A DNA stretch of 64,000 nt from Schmidtea polychroa. Its lineage: Eukaryota. The notes beneath the pieces were generated by a model. It was not told the origin of the DNA. It worked only from the letters and a program-made list of their open reading frames with translations, and did not search any database. Location: the NCBI GenBank assembly GCA_044892525.1, contig CM097886.1:167140312-167204311 (forward strand), in the 5' to 3' direction. The translations under genes and the position numbers were made by a program. Positions 38,783 to 50,856 of this stretch are shown one piece after another (within the stretch, counting starts at the first letter, position 1; each line of letters opens with the position of its first letter).

Positions 38783-41700
38783 GTGTAAATAGAAATACTT
38801 GTGTAAAGGAAACGTTTAAATGTCAGTAACGTTTCTTCGTTAATTGAGGCAATATCTAACTATTTATACAAACATTTATAGCAATATTTCTAATCACATT
38901 TGAATTATTAATATGTCATACTGAATTGTTATTTTTGAATATTACACTTCCCAAAAAAAAGCTGAATAATGAAAAATAAAAAATAANNNNNNNNNNNNNN
39001 NNNNNNNNNNNNNNNNNNNNNNNNNNNNNNNNNNNNNNNNNNNNNNNNNNNNNNNNNNNNNNNNNNNNNNNNNNNNNNNNNNNNNNNNNNNNNNNNNNNN
39101 NNNNNNNNNNNNNNNNNNNNNNNNNNNNNNNNNNNNNNNNNNNNNNNNNNNNNNNNNNNNNNNNNCTTATCAAGAAATAGAAGTATATTAGAAGTATTAT
39201 TAGAAAATTTAACGTATATTCATCAAAAACATTTATTTTTAATTACAATTATAATTAATAACGTAACTTTTTTGTTCAATGTTCAATAACATAAACTGCG
39301 CCGCCAGATGATACGCAACATGAAAATCCGCGCAGGCGTAAACGTGTTAAATGAGTCAGCTTTTTTAAATTCAAATAACTTTAAAAACTCCGCAACAAAA
39401 TTTAAATTCAAAACAAGCAAAAGCTAAATGCAATAAATATTGTGCAAACTTATCAAGTATCAAGGGGGTATATCAATAATGACCAAACATTTATATATTC
39501 AACATGGAATAATTTTAAAAAAGGATGAATTGATAGGTTCGACTCCTTCAAACTTAAATCTGTAAAAACATTGATATTTTTACGGATTCATAGTCAATTT
39601 TTTTAATTAATACAACATTATTATTATTATTTATATTTATTAATTATTATTAATATTTCCATTTTTTGTATTATTTATTATAATTATTCATTATTATTAG
39701 TATTTATTATTTAATTCATTTATTATTAATATTATTTATTATTATTANNNNNNNNNNNNNNNNNNNNNNNNNNNNNNNNNNNNNNNNNNNNNNNNNNNNN
39801 NNNNNNNNNNNNNNNNNNNNNNNNNNNNNNNNNNNNNNNNNNNNNNNNNNNNNNNNNNNNNNNNNNNNNNNNNNNNNNNNNNNNAAAAGTATGAGAATAA
39901 TATCAAAAATTTATTCATCGACAGTTTAATAAATAATTTCTTTAAATATCAATTTAATAACTTATTTAAAATATTTTTAAAAATATTGATTTTAACGCTC
40001 GTTTTCAATGTTTACTCAAGCATTAATCGATCTGTTAATTATTTGCACTTGATCTTTCACATTTTGTATATTGATTTTACTTATTGCCTTATTGTGTACG
40101 ACTGTTCAAATAATACAAATTTCCATTTATATATATATGAACAAACCATAAGATAATCAATAAATATCCACAAGTTTTAAATTTTATTTACAAATTAAAA
40201 AAATAAAATATAAACTACCTTTGTGCAATAAAATATCTCCAACGAATTCTTATCCTGGCATGATTAAAACAAAATTAATATAATTCTAGAAAGAAGATTT
40301 TACAATTAAACGAAATTGATCATAAACAAAATTTATAGATTAATAAAATAAAATTAATAAATAATTTCTTACTTTTTACTTCTTTTATTTAACGATTATA
40401 TCTTAATATAATTAATACTTGATTATCAGTTGTTCATTTTGTTAGAACAAAAATTGAGCAAATCACAGAAAAGAATCGTATGTTAACAGCCAATCAAAAT
40501 CGTTCTCACAATTATATTGTTAAAAATAGGAATATTATAATTAATTTAATTATAATGATAATTATAAAATTTATAATAATAATTTATAAAAATATTGAGA
40601 AAAAGGATTTTAAAAAAGAATAAAAAATCCAATTCTATTAAAATCGGATTATCACACAGGCGAATGCTTTACTGATCATTATTCGTTAAATTATTTTGCT
40701 TTTCTGAGCCTTCCAAACTGGTACCAAATTTTTACTTTTTATTTATTGACTTTTTCAAGTTGTTTATTTGTTTTAATTTATCAATTGATGAAGTTAAACT
40801 TATTTTTGTATTTAATTATCAATTGTTAGAATAAAACAACAAATCAAAATTATTTAGAAATCTTTATTCCCTTGTGTCAGTTGTATAGTAAATATTTAAT
40901 ACTTAATTTACAAATTACTGATCACAAATATTGATCATCATTCCACGTATCCCTATTAGGCATTATGTGGTTCAAAAGTAAAATTGCGCAAAGCCTTGAT
41001 AGGAGTGTAACCAAGGGAGAAAATGTAGAAGAGGTTGCCAGAAATTTAAAAATTAAATTCGGAACGTATAATTCAGAACAAGAAGGAAAATATTATTTTT
41101 AGTGTGATTTACTAAAAAGAAAGTACGTCATTTATTATAATTTCCCCTCAAAGAAGATCCGTTACTTTTTCTAAATGTAAGATAATTGTAATTCGTACAT
41201 TATAGTACGATTTCTACAAATATTATCAACCTTTTTAGATTGTGGCACACTTAAAAGTAAATATCAAGTTTTTTTCTCTAATTATAATTATTATTTAATA
41301 ATATTCTAATTTTAATGCTAACCTACTCTAGTTCTATTAATTTTATTTATTTAATTATTTAATTAAATTTAATTATTTTAATTTAGTCTTTAGAAAACAA
41401 TAAAAGATTACATCAATTGAATGAACGTTTTAAGAATTGTTAAATCTCTTTTGTAGAATTTCGAATTACTATTTATTATTAACATATTAGAATTTTTCAG
41501 TGGCACACTTGCAAAGTCCTCGTAGCGCAAAGGTTGTGAATTACTATTACAGATCGTCACCAATAAAATAACAAACATAGACTTTTTTACAATTTACAAA
41601 TTGGAAATCACCTGAAAAGGATGAGAAAATTTGGCTAGGGATAGAATTGGTTTGAAGAGGAACTATTAATTTACACAAAACCAAAAAATGAGTCAGTGAA

Positions 41701-42850
41701 AGAAAAATATGACGGAATAGTTTTGTTAAAAGCACACAAAAGGACACAAAGTGCACAAATATTTTTAAGCATAAAACACTAAGTAAATAAAGAAAACCTA
41801 AGTTCGGTAAACAACGAGAAAAGCAAGCAATAAAAAGTTGAGAGACCGTTATCATGATAGCATAATTGATGTGAGTAAGTAAAAATGGAATTATTATTGG
41901 GAAGGCCCATATGAAAACAATTAATGATTTTATTTTCCAAATTGATACTTATTTATAATCAAGTTAAAAGGAATTGTCTTTTACACTTCCTAAAAAAGTT
42001 GCGCTCAACTTTTAATTTTGTTTTTTTGAATTCATTTTTTGTTATATATATTCATAATTTAAATTGTTTTAATCTTTATCATTATTATTATCAAATTCGG
42101 CGATCGCTTCCGCCTTCAACCAATTCGAGTTTATTTATTATTGAAATTATTTTAAAATTAGTTTGCACTTTTAATACGCAATTCTGAAGTGGGAACTCGT
42201 CTGACTCTAATCAGTTTTGATAGATAAACCGAAATCCTAGAAACGAGACTCCTAGAGAAAAGCCACCCAATCAGTCATTGGCAATAATTTTACTATTAGA
42301 GAAATGATAAAATTATTAATGGAAATATCGGAATTTTTGACAGTTTTCTTTATTTTATGGCTTTATAATTCATAGTTAATTGAGATTTAAAAAAACAATA
42401 ACAGGTTTATTTTTAGTTGACTGGAATTAACATCTCATTTAAAATCCCGCTCAGATTTAAACAAGAAAACTAATATTTCAACAAAATATGAATTGCCTGA
42501 ATTTTGCCTTTGAGGCGAAAATATATATCAAATTCTTCAATTAAAATTTACGAAATTTAATTTTTTAAAAAATATTTTGTCTCGTTTTAATTCAGATATA
42601 TTTTTGTCATTGAGTAAAAGTCATTATAATAAGATTAAATGATAATATGTCCAAAAAGATCTATTAATGAAAGGTAGACAATATATTATAAGAACTTTTT
42701 TTTCAATTTTCGCCTCTGATTTCTTTTCAATTGACATTGTATTTATTAGAAATTTTTTGACTAATATATTTGATTAATATATTTTTTAATAAAATAAATA
42801 AATATAACACTAAAAATACTGTTAACATCAAACGTGTAAATAAACCGATA

Positions 42851-43072
42851 TTGAGGGCTAAAGGAACTAAATTGTCTGGAACGGAGATTGGGCACCAGTC
42901 ATATTAAGACTGCTAAAATAACAGCGTATTTTACACAGTGCCACAGACTAGGATAGGGACGCGTAATCATCAGTTTTTACTTTTAAAAATTGTAAAATCA
43001 CCTTGTCTAACAATGACGACAAGCGATATTTTGTGGAGAAAAACAGTATTCTTGTTTTTGGCATTATTTAGG
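42851..43072 (+). pseudogene. Decayed C-terminal fragment of a second, divergent Polinton-type pPolB
   Basis: Reads LRAKGTKLSGTEIGHQSY*DC*NNSVFYTVPQTRIGTRNHQF/TFKNCKITLSNNDDKRYFVEKNSILVFG. It is colinear with the element's LKAKGIRLTNSNLTHEAYKKVYTDGGTVSIPQKRIGSVNHQLYTFMTEKRALQCLDDKRYWYNCNESYAYG, and has two stops and a frameshift. Confidence 0.8.
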
Positions 43073-46000
43073 GATAGATGTCATAGATGTTGACTAAGTA
43101 TTGGACAATCTTTGCTCAGAATTCGATGGTTATGATAGCTCATAGTCTGAAGATAGTCTGGCAATGTATAGTTTAAGCCCAGAGTTTTTGTGTGATATAT
43201 TAATAAATTTTGTGAAAATTAAAAATATACTTTTAAAGCGTTGATTTTTATTGTGGTCTTGAAAAGTTCTTTTTATTGTTTTCATGTTTAAATACTTTTT
43301 ATTTGTGAATTATTGGAATATGTTTTTGATGATTCCAAGTTTAAATAATTTTTATTATGATTTTGAAAACCTTTTTTATTAATATATTTTTTTAATTTAT
43401 AAAATAATTCAAAATAAATAATGGTAATTTAAATATTAATGATTTGTTTGCAGAGTTTTATAGTTATAATTTCGACTGTAGAGTTTGACTAGAAATTTTT
43501 CCAATTTCTTTTAATGCAAATATTGAATTTTTAAATTAGTTTAGATATTAGCAAGGCTTTTATTGAAATACTCAATATCTTCATATATTTTTGTACGCAC
43601 TTTTATCATATGTCAATTCAAATCTAGTTTCCAAATTTCTCATTCTTTCTTATAGTATTACTGAAGGAGCTTTTAATCAACGCAGTCTATCTAACATATC
43701 CAAAAGATTCAAAAGCACAGGAGTATCTGGACAAATACATTTTATTCTTGAAATGATTTAATCAATAATGTAGATTAAACATGCAGGCATTTATATAGAT
43801 TAATTATAAAGGTTAACATAGTATATGGGACATGTAAATCAAATATCCTAATACAATTACATCCCAATCATAATTATATATTTATTATTATTTAGTTTAA
43901 AAAGACTAATTGGTTTAATGTTAAATTTTTCGTGATTAATATTGATAGAGTTTAGTTTTAGATGCGCATTGAAATTTGTGAGTAGTACATGATTCATATA
44001 TTTCATATGTCCACACAATTCAGAAAGAATTTAACCGTGTCAATGATGAGAGTTTTAACTTAATAGGATTTTAAATCATTTCAAACGTTTGGTCATAGGA
44101 AATATGAGAATAAAATGCATATTTTACAGCTCTATAAATTTCAATGTAAGAAGAAATTAGTTGTTTTTAACTTCTCAATGGCCTATCATATATAGCAAAT
44201 GGGATTCTTTAAAAATGCCTAACGAGGGATATCAAATCAATTAATTTAAAAGCTTTAGCTTATCGTTTTGGATTTTGTTCTTATTTTTATACTTTTTATA
44301 CTTTTTTGTAATGTTTCTAGCTTAACCGAGAATACAACGCTTTCATAACCCTCGACACCCGTTGAATGAACAACGTTGGTATGTGTCAAATGAGTAAATG
44401 TTAGTAAAAGATTAGCTCACTCTAATGAACTATAGTTAGTTAACATTTTCATGAGTCCACGATTTTTCGATGGAAGATATATGTCCGATTTACTTCACGG
44501 GCCCTATTGTCGTTTGATGCACAACGGAAGCATAAGAATTTACTTCCTAAAATTTTCTAATTTATTTAATTTATCCTATTAGTCTATATTGGATTTCACG
44601 ACTTTTCATTTGTATATTTTTAATAATTTAACGTATTATAAATGTATTTCTTTTTATTTCTCATTCTATTTTTTAATAGTTTTGAATAAAATTTTATTTT
44701 CATTTTTTATTTCTTTGAATTGTTTTTTGTCTTATAATTCTTTTTTGTTATGTTTGTTTTATTTTCTTGCTGAACTTCTTGCACATGTTATTATTTTAAT
44801 AATATATTTATGTTTATGATTTTTTGTATTTGTTTTCTCCATATGTAACTGTTTACTTGGTGTTTTCATTGCGTTTTGAATTTAATTTGAATTATTACTG
44901 TTTTTGTGTTGAGTTACCGACATATTTTCACAAACATTTCAGATTACGCCTTCCTTTATTAATACCCAGAACTCTTCAAATTAAGCAAAGCTTTAAAATT
45001 TTTTAAGTTTATTTTAATTCATTCTTTTAACTCTACCTTAAATAATTAATGTTTATTTTCTGTAATTCATATTTTTAGTCATTCATTTGGAAATTGTTGC
45101 TTTAATTTATTATTTAACCCATCTAAGAAATTCCATCAAATGAATTCTTTTTTTAAATTCAACTGGAATTTCTTTAAACAAATATTCTTTGATTTAACTT
45201 TAAGAAATACTAAAAAACTATTTGCAAATAATTAGAAAGATGAAAAAATCTTCCAAATTAAATAATTTATTTTGACTTGCTCCATTAACCCCCTTAAATT
45301 TCGCTAATAGAATAAAACAAGTAAATAATTACTGTGGAACGATTAATTAATAATCATTCATCAAGTTAAAAAATATTTTTTAGAATAAAAAATTTATTTT
45401 TTTAGAAACAATAAACAATTTAAACAAAAATTCGAATATTAAATTTTAACTTAGAGTTATGGGCTATTTTTTAAATATGACGATTAAATATATTTTTAAC
45501 AATTTTTAAAATTTAATATCACAAAGTATATACGAGAACTTTTTTCTAAGTTCTACTTTAACCGGTTAATAAGGATGTCAAGACTTTTCCTTTTATATTG
45601 ACTAAAACCATTTGTTAGACAAAAGGTTTTATGGTTTACAATTTTATACGTCTTCTAAACTATTTTGACAAAAAATTTATTTAAACAAAATAATTTATAG
45701 ATAAAAATACGGTAATTATTTGCCTCTGAGCGTTTCCTTCAGGAAATTTCCTACAGATGCCTTTGTAACTAAATATTATAAAATCTATTATGGCTACTAA
45801 ACAGTGAGTAATAGTATTTTTTATTATTTTTATGATAGGATTATAAGAAAGTAAGTAATGAGCAATAGTTTCTAAAAAAATTTTTAATTATACAATTCAT
45901 AATTAATAATGTTAATTTAGAAATTAAAAGATAAAATCTTTCTACTATAGTCAGTTTAGTTATTTTTTCATTTTGATTATACAGATGTTTAACGTCCTAG

Positions 46001-46418
46001 TTATTCAATGAAATATTAATTATTATTTACAGGTGATTAACTTATTAAGTTACTGTGTGGTTAATTACATTTTATAACCAGGTAACATTAATATGTCACT
46101 GTACTTATTAGTAGGTTACTCTCTCTAATGATAGTTTGCATTGTTTTAATTGTAATAAGCATTTTTGGTCTTGAAAACTAAAATGACCACGATAAAATAT
46201 ATTTACCCTTTACTCTTAAATAGTATTATTAAGTGATTTTGTAAAAATAATCATGTGATTTATCCTTGGCTTTCAGGGCTGTTTAGTTAGAAAGTAAGTT
46301 GCTAGAGATTTTTTTATTGAATTGAAACTTTATGTTCACCTGTTCGTTATTTTTTGGGTTAGATACCTTAACCCAATATATAGTTTATTCATGTCCTTCA
46401 ACTAAGCTTGCTAAAAAC

Positions 46419-46828
46419 TGTGGTTAAATTCAGCGCGCCGTCAAAAGACTCTCTCCGAATTATTCCCCGAAAATCCTTCTGTGAATTATTCCCCGTAAAT
46501 TACTTCTTAAAATCCAAAAGAAACACAATTCAGCGACAATACGTTTATTAACAATTAAATATTATAACAATTATATTTGAATCGATACATTATCAATTTC
46601 CAACATTAAACTTAAGAAAGAACCCGATCGTATGAGTCGCCGCGGTGGCAACAATTAAAACAAACATCAGAATAATAATATTACATATATTTTAACATTT
46701 TAATTCCAACTTTCTCATAATGCTCCCTTGCACTCTACAACACAAAATATTAAACTTTTCAACATTCGAACTATAATCAGTTTTAAAACATTTAATTATA
46801 ACAAACTTAAATTACCCTTTTACTCACA
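46419..46828 (-). repeat. 3' LTR
   Basis: Direct repeat of 50447-50856 with at least 3 substitutions; the polypurine tract is adjacent (TCCCCCGAG on +, 46829-46837). Confidence 0.95.
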
Positions 46829-46860
46829 TCCCCCCGAGTTTGTCAAGTAAGCACACACTC

Positions 46861-49541
46861 TTATTCGTTGCGTGCTCGTATATTTTTAACATGCATACAT
46901 ACCCCATCAACAGAAACATTCCATGCCGAATTTACATCTGTTACCACACCTTCTCTCCACTCATCCATGCAAGTCGCATCACCACCCTTTACATGAACGA
47001 CATCACCAACTCGAAACTTTCCACTCGTTTCATTGTCCCGATCTCTTTCAACATTTTCGTCATTCAACTCGTATGCATATATGGAAGCAAATGGCACGGA
47101 GCATTCATCTTGACCCTCGCGCGGCGACGCATTATACCAAAACAGCATTTCTTCCACAGTTCCCCGCGTTCGAGCCACCATCCTTTTTATTGTCCTGTGG
47201 TTACGTTCCACAATTCCATTTCCAGAAGGTTCATACGCACATCTATACATATGCTTTACTTTCCATTCATCACAAAATTTTCTCAATGCATCGCTTTTAA
47301 ACGCTCCTCCATTATCACTAAGTAATTCTCTGCAAAACCCTCTTTCGAACATGGTTTTTCTTATCGCATTCAACACGCTTCGTCCACTTTCATCTTTCAA
47401 CTCATGCCATATTGCATACCTCCCGGGTCCGCAGTCCACTACCGACAAATACTTCTTTCCCTCCAAATGCACAACATCCACTGCTATTCTGACCCACGTG
47501 CCACCCACGCTCAACTCACCTTTCGGCATTCTACACGCATGCGGATCAACGGTAGCACACTTAAAACAATTTCTCACGACCGCCTCCACGTCCTTTCGTT
47601 TAACCACGTCAAATTTCTTTTTTACAAAATACATGGTTCGATCAACGCCAAAATGATGTTTTTCATGCTCTAATGTTATTTGATCCACTTCAACACTCGC
47701 GCACGCATGCGTTCCGCGATTATGCCCCACTCTCGTCAATGCATCCGCCTTATTCGCTCCCGATGGAATCCATTCGACAGTAACATTCAAACCGTAATCG
47801 GTAATCATTTCCTCAATTATATCCAATCTTCGCTTTATCAAGTATTCGTGCATACCCTTCACGTGCACCTTTTTCGATTTTGTCAACAGAGCTTTGATCC
47901 ACGCCACGACCGAAGTTGAATCGCATTTCACCGTTATATCGGCGAATTTCCATTCAATTGCCATCGCCACGCCTTTTATGAAGGCGTCCAATTCAGCCAC
48001 GTTTATGTGTTTCACCTCGTCAACTTTTCGAAGCCATACTGCATCTTCCACACATTTTTCATTTTGCTCCACGTACACCGCCATCGCAACTCTGCTCGCA
48101 TCCGTATATACTGTAACATTTCCATTTCCATCCACGCTCCATACCCCCTGCGCTGGATCCTCACGTTCTATACGTTTCAGCAGCATTTTTATATCTCGTT
48201 TCGTTTCGTCGCCTGCATAATCATCCCATTTAGTACCCTTCATATTTCTTTTAATTACGCTACACTCAAGTCGCAACGATCCACATATAGGATAATGCCC
48301 TATGACTTTTCCGCATATTGAAAACACATCTCGACGCGAACAACTTTTTGTTTCACATTTCAAATCACCCAAGGGACCACGCCCCCACCATCGCTTGCCA
48401 TCCTTCTTCCCTTGCAACTGCAACCTAGTATTCGCATGTCATCGACATCTTCGTGATCCTTTGTCACTAATCCATATTGCTTCAAATGATTCACAACTTC
48501 GCATTCCGTAATTCCATTCAAATTCACAATTATGTCATCAACGTAGTGTGAAGTATTCTCATTAACTTTCGAGTTCAACTTGAGAACGTACGACACTATA
48601 CCATCCATTATCTTCGGCGCACTCTTCAATCCGAATCCCAATCGCGTAAGTCGATAACGCGTTTTGTTGTGTGACACTGTCTGATACTTCCATAGCGACT
48701 CTTCAACATGAATTTGCAAGTACGCTCGCTTTAAGTCAACCACTGCCACGTTGTCGCCCATTTTTCGCCATCTTCTCAGCTCAGACCTGCATTCCTGCGC
48801 ATCACCTGTGTGACTACTCACGCTCTTATTTACCGATTTATAGTTCAACACTGGTCTCACTTTGTCTTTCTTCTGCTGCACCACAGCAATCAACGGCAAT
48901 ATACCTTCTACGTTTTCATCCGTTTGCACCAATATGCCTTATTTTATCCATGCATCAATTTCTTCATCGAATGTGTTCTTCGTTTCTTGCGATATCCCAT
49001 AATTTGCAACATTTTCATGCAAGATCGGTTCTCGTTCGTTCCACAACCATCTAACCGTCCACTTATCTCCATCAAACCACGCCTCATAATCCGGATCACT
49101 AATTTTATGTTCGACCGACATCACCGCCCTAACGCCGCAACCAACACTTTTCCCATTATCGAACTTCACACCTTCTGACGTTACACGCATTCCGCCCATT
49201 TTCGTCAATACATCCATTCCCACTATAATATCGATTCCTTCCAACATCTCAGCCAACACTATACACTGCACATTCATTCGTTCACCTACCATGTCCAACA
49301 CAACACGTCGCATTTCACCACTCTCCCCGCATTTTCCGTTTGCAAGCAATAATCTCACGCTACACGTTTCATGATCACCTTCTTTCGACACACCATTTCT
49401 CAACAACATGTGCGAACAGCCTGTGTCGATCAACGCCCTACACCGCACGCCGTCCACCGTCACCTCCATTACATTATTCGCGCTTACCTGTCCACACGGA
49501 CGTCCGCCAGCGCACGCGAACTCCGTTGCTCGTTTCCCCAC
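46861..49541 (-). pseudogene. pol: pol (protease, RT, RNase H, integrase) with one nonsense and one frameshift lesion
   Basis: Protease LIDTGCS; RT YVDD; RNase H YTDAS / HINVAELD / CDS / ADALTR; integrase HHCC and VDVV..SDNG..GIVER. An in-frame TAA at 48939-48941 separates same-frame ORFs 48939-49541 and 48360-48932, and a frameshift near 48423 leads into ORF 46861-48423. Confidence 0.9.
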
Positions 49542-50302
49542 ACGTCGCGTTCATTTTCATCAATTGGCGTTTTCCGCATTCCATAACGTTCACCGCATGC
49601 GTTCGCCATATGATTCTCGTTCCCGCAAATATGGCATTTCCGCACAAACCCTGTCCGATTACGAAAACAATTTCGTGCCAAATGCCCCTGTTTTCCGCAG
49701 TTGTAACACACGACACTTCTTACCATGTCGTCACGCACGATCGCGCAGCTTTGCACACTCGTCCCAGTGGCCGTTATCGCTTTCGCTACTCCGACAACGT
49801 CTTCCAACGTTAAACTGTCTTCGTTGGGCATTGCCTTAATCGCATTCGACACAGATTTTGGCAGACCACACACAAAGGCACACTTGATCACGTCTTTCGA
49901 TTCTATTCCCGCGCTCTTCGCTAATCTCTTCAAGTTTATGGAATACAAATCTACCTTATCACTCACACATTTCAAGTTGACAAACATTTCATACGCTGTA
50001 TATTTGTTTATGCCAAATGTTTTACGCAACGCCGATTCCACACCCCCTTTCACGTCTCGTTCTTCCTCAGACATATTCATATACACGCTGAAGGCCGAAC
50101 CATCCAACAATAGCGGCATAATGCGTCTCGTGTCTTTAATGCCTTGCACATCGCACACCATTCTAACTCGTTCCAACCATTCCTCAACATCCAAACTCCC
50201 ATCATACTTCGTCACAACATTTAACACCCTTATAGACGACTTCACCGCGTCTTCATCCCGAATCCCCCCTTCATTCATTCCACTTTTTACTTTACTTGTC
50301 AT
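49484..50302 (-). CDS. gag: Gag with two CCHC zinc knuckles
   Basis: ATG at 50302 within ORF 49484-50383; CYNCGKQGHLARNC and CHICGNENHMANAC. Confidence 0.9.
   Translation of the reverse strand: MTSKVKSGMNEGGIRDEDAVKSSIRVLNVVTKYDGSLDVEEWLERVRMVCDVQGIKDTRRIMPLLLDGSAFSVYMNMSEEERDVKGGVESALRKTFGINKYTAYEMFVNLKCVSDKVDLYSINLKRLAKSAGIESKDVIKCAFVCGLPKSVSNAIKAMPNEDSLTLEDVVGVAKAITATGTSVQSCAIVRDDMVRSVVCYNCGKQGHLARNCFRNRTGFVRKCHICGNENHMANACGERYGMRKTPIDENERDVWGNEQRSSRALADVRVDR
49532..49538 (-). promoter_or_regulatory. -1 ribosomal frameshift slippery site G GGA AAC
   Basis: The heptamer is in the gag frame (TGG GGA AAC); a -1 shift enters the pol frame (GGG AAA CGA = GKR). GC-rich sequence follows. Confidence 0.75.
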
Positions 50303-50434
50303 TTCAAAACAATTTATTTTAAAAATCGAATTTTTTAAATTGTTTTTAATAATAAAATGTTCCCAATACTTTTTACAAATCAAACTATTGAAAAGCTATT
50401 TTATGTATCATTCAAAGTACAAAAAAAATATCTT

Positions 50435-50446
50435 GCCCGGATAGCT
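50435..50446 (-). promoter_or_regulatory. Primer-binding site complementary to nt 1-12 of tRNA-Lys(UUU)
   Basis: The + strand reads GCCCGGATAGCT directly abutting the 5' LTR. This is the conserved 5' end of animal tRNA-Lys(UUU), recalled from memory. No TGG-type PBS is present. Confidence 0.7.
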
Positions 50447-50856
50447 TGTGGTTAAATTCAGCGCGCCGTCAAAAGACTCTCTCCGAATTATTCCCCGAAA
50501 ATCCTTCTGTGAATTATTCCCCGTAAATTACTTCTTAAAATCCAAAAGAAACACAATTCAGCGACAATACGTTTATTAACAATTAAATATTATAACAATT
50601 ATATTTGAATCGATACATTATCAATTTCCAACATTAAACTTAAGAAAGAACCCGATCGTATGAGTCGCCGCGGTGGCAACCATTAAAACAAACATCAGAA
50701 TAATAATAATACATATATTTTAACATTTTAATTCCAACTTTCTCATAATGCTCCCTTGCACTCTACAACACAAAATATTAAACTTTTCAACATTCGAACT
50801 ATAATCAGTTTTAACACATTTAATTATAACAAACTTAAATTACCCTTTTACTCACA
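50447..50856 (-). repeat. 5' LTR
   Basis: Direct repeat of 46419-46828. Confidence 0.95.

Larger units (their letters stand above)
46419..50856 (-). mobile_element. Full-length Ty3/Gypsy LTR retrotransposon, defective
   Basis: 410-bp LTRs (46419-46828 and 50447-50856) with TG...CA ends; 5-bp TSD AAAAC at 46414-46418 and 50857-50861; domain order gag-PR-RT-RH-IN. Confidence 0.95.

Noticed and set aside
39300-39356. Possible piggyBac-like end (...AAACGTGTTAA)
   Set aside because: No matching opposite end is visible.
46840-50444. Numerous + strand ORFs over the Gypsy element
   Set aside because: Antisense shadows of gag and pol arising from codon bias.
50435-50446. tRNA-Lys gene
   Set aside because: Only 12 nt match and the sequence continues into the LTR, so it is a PBS rather than a gene.
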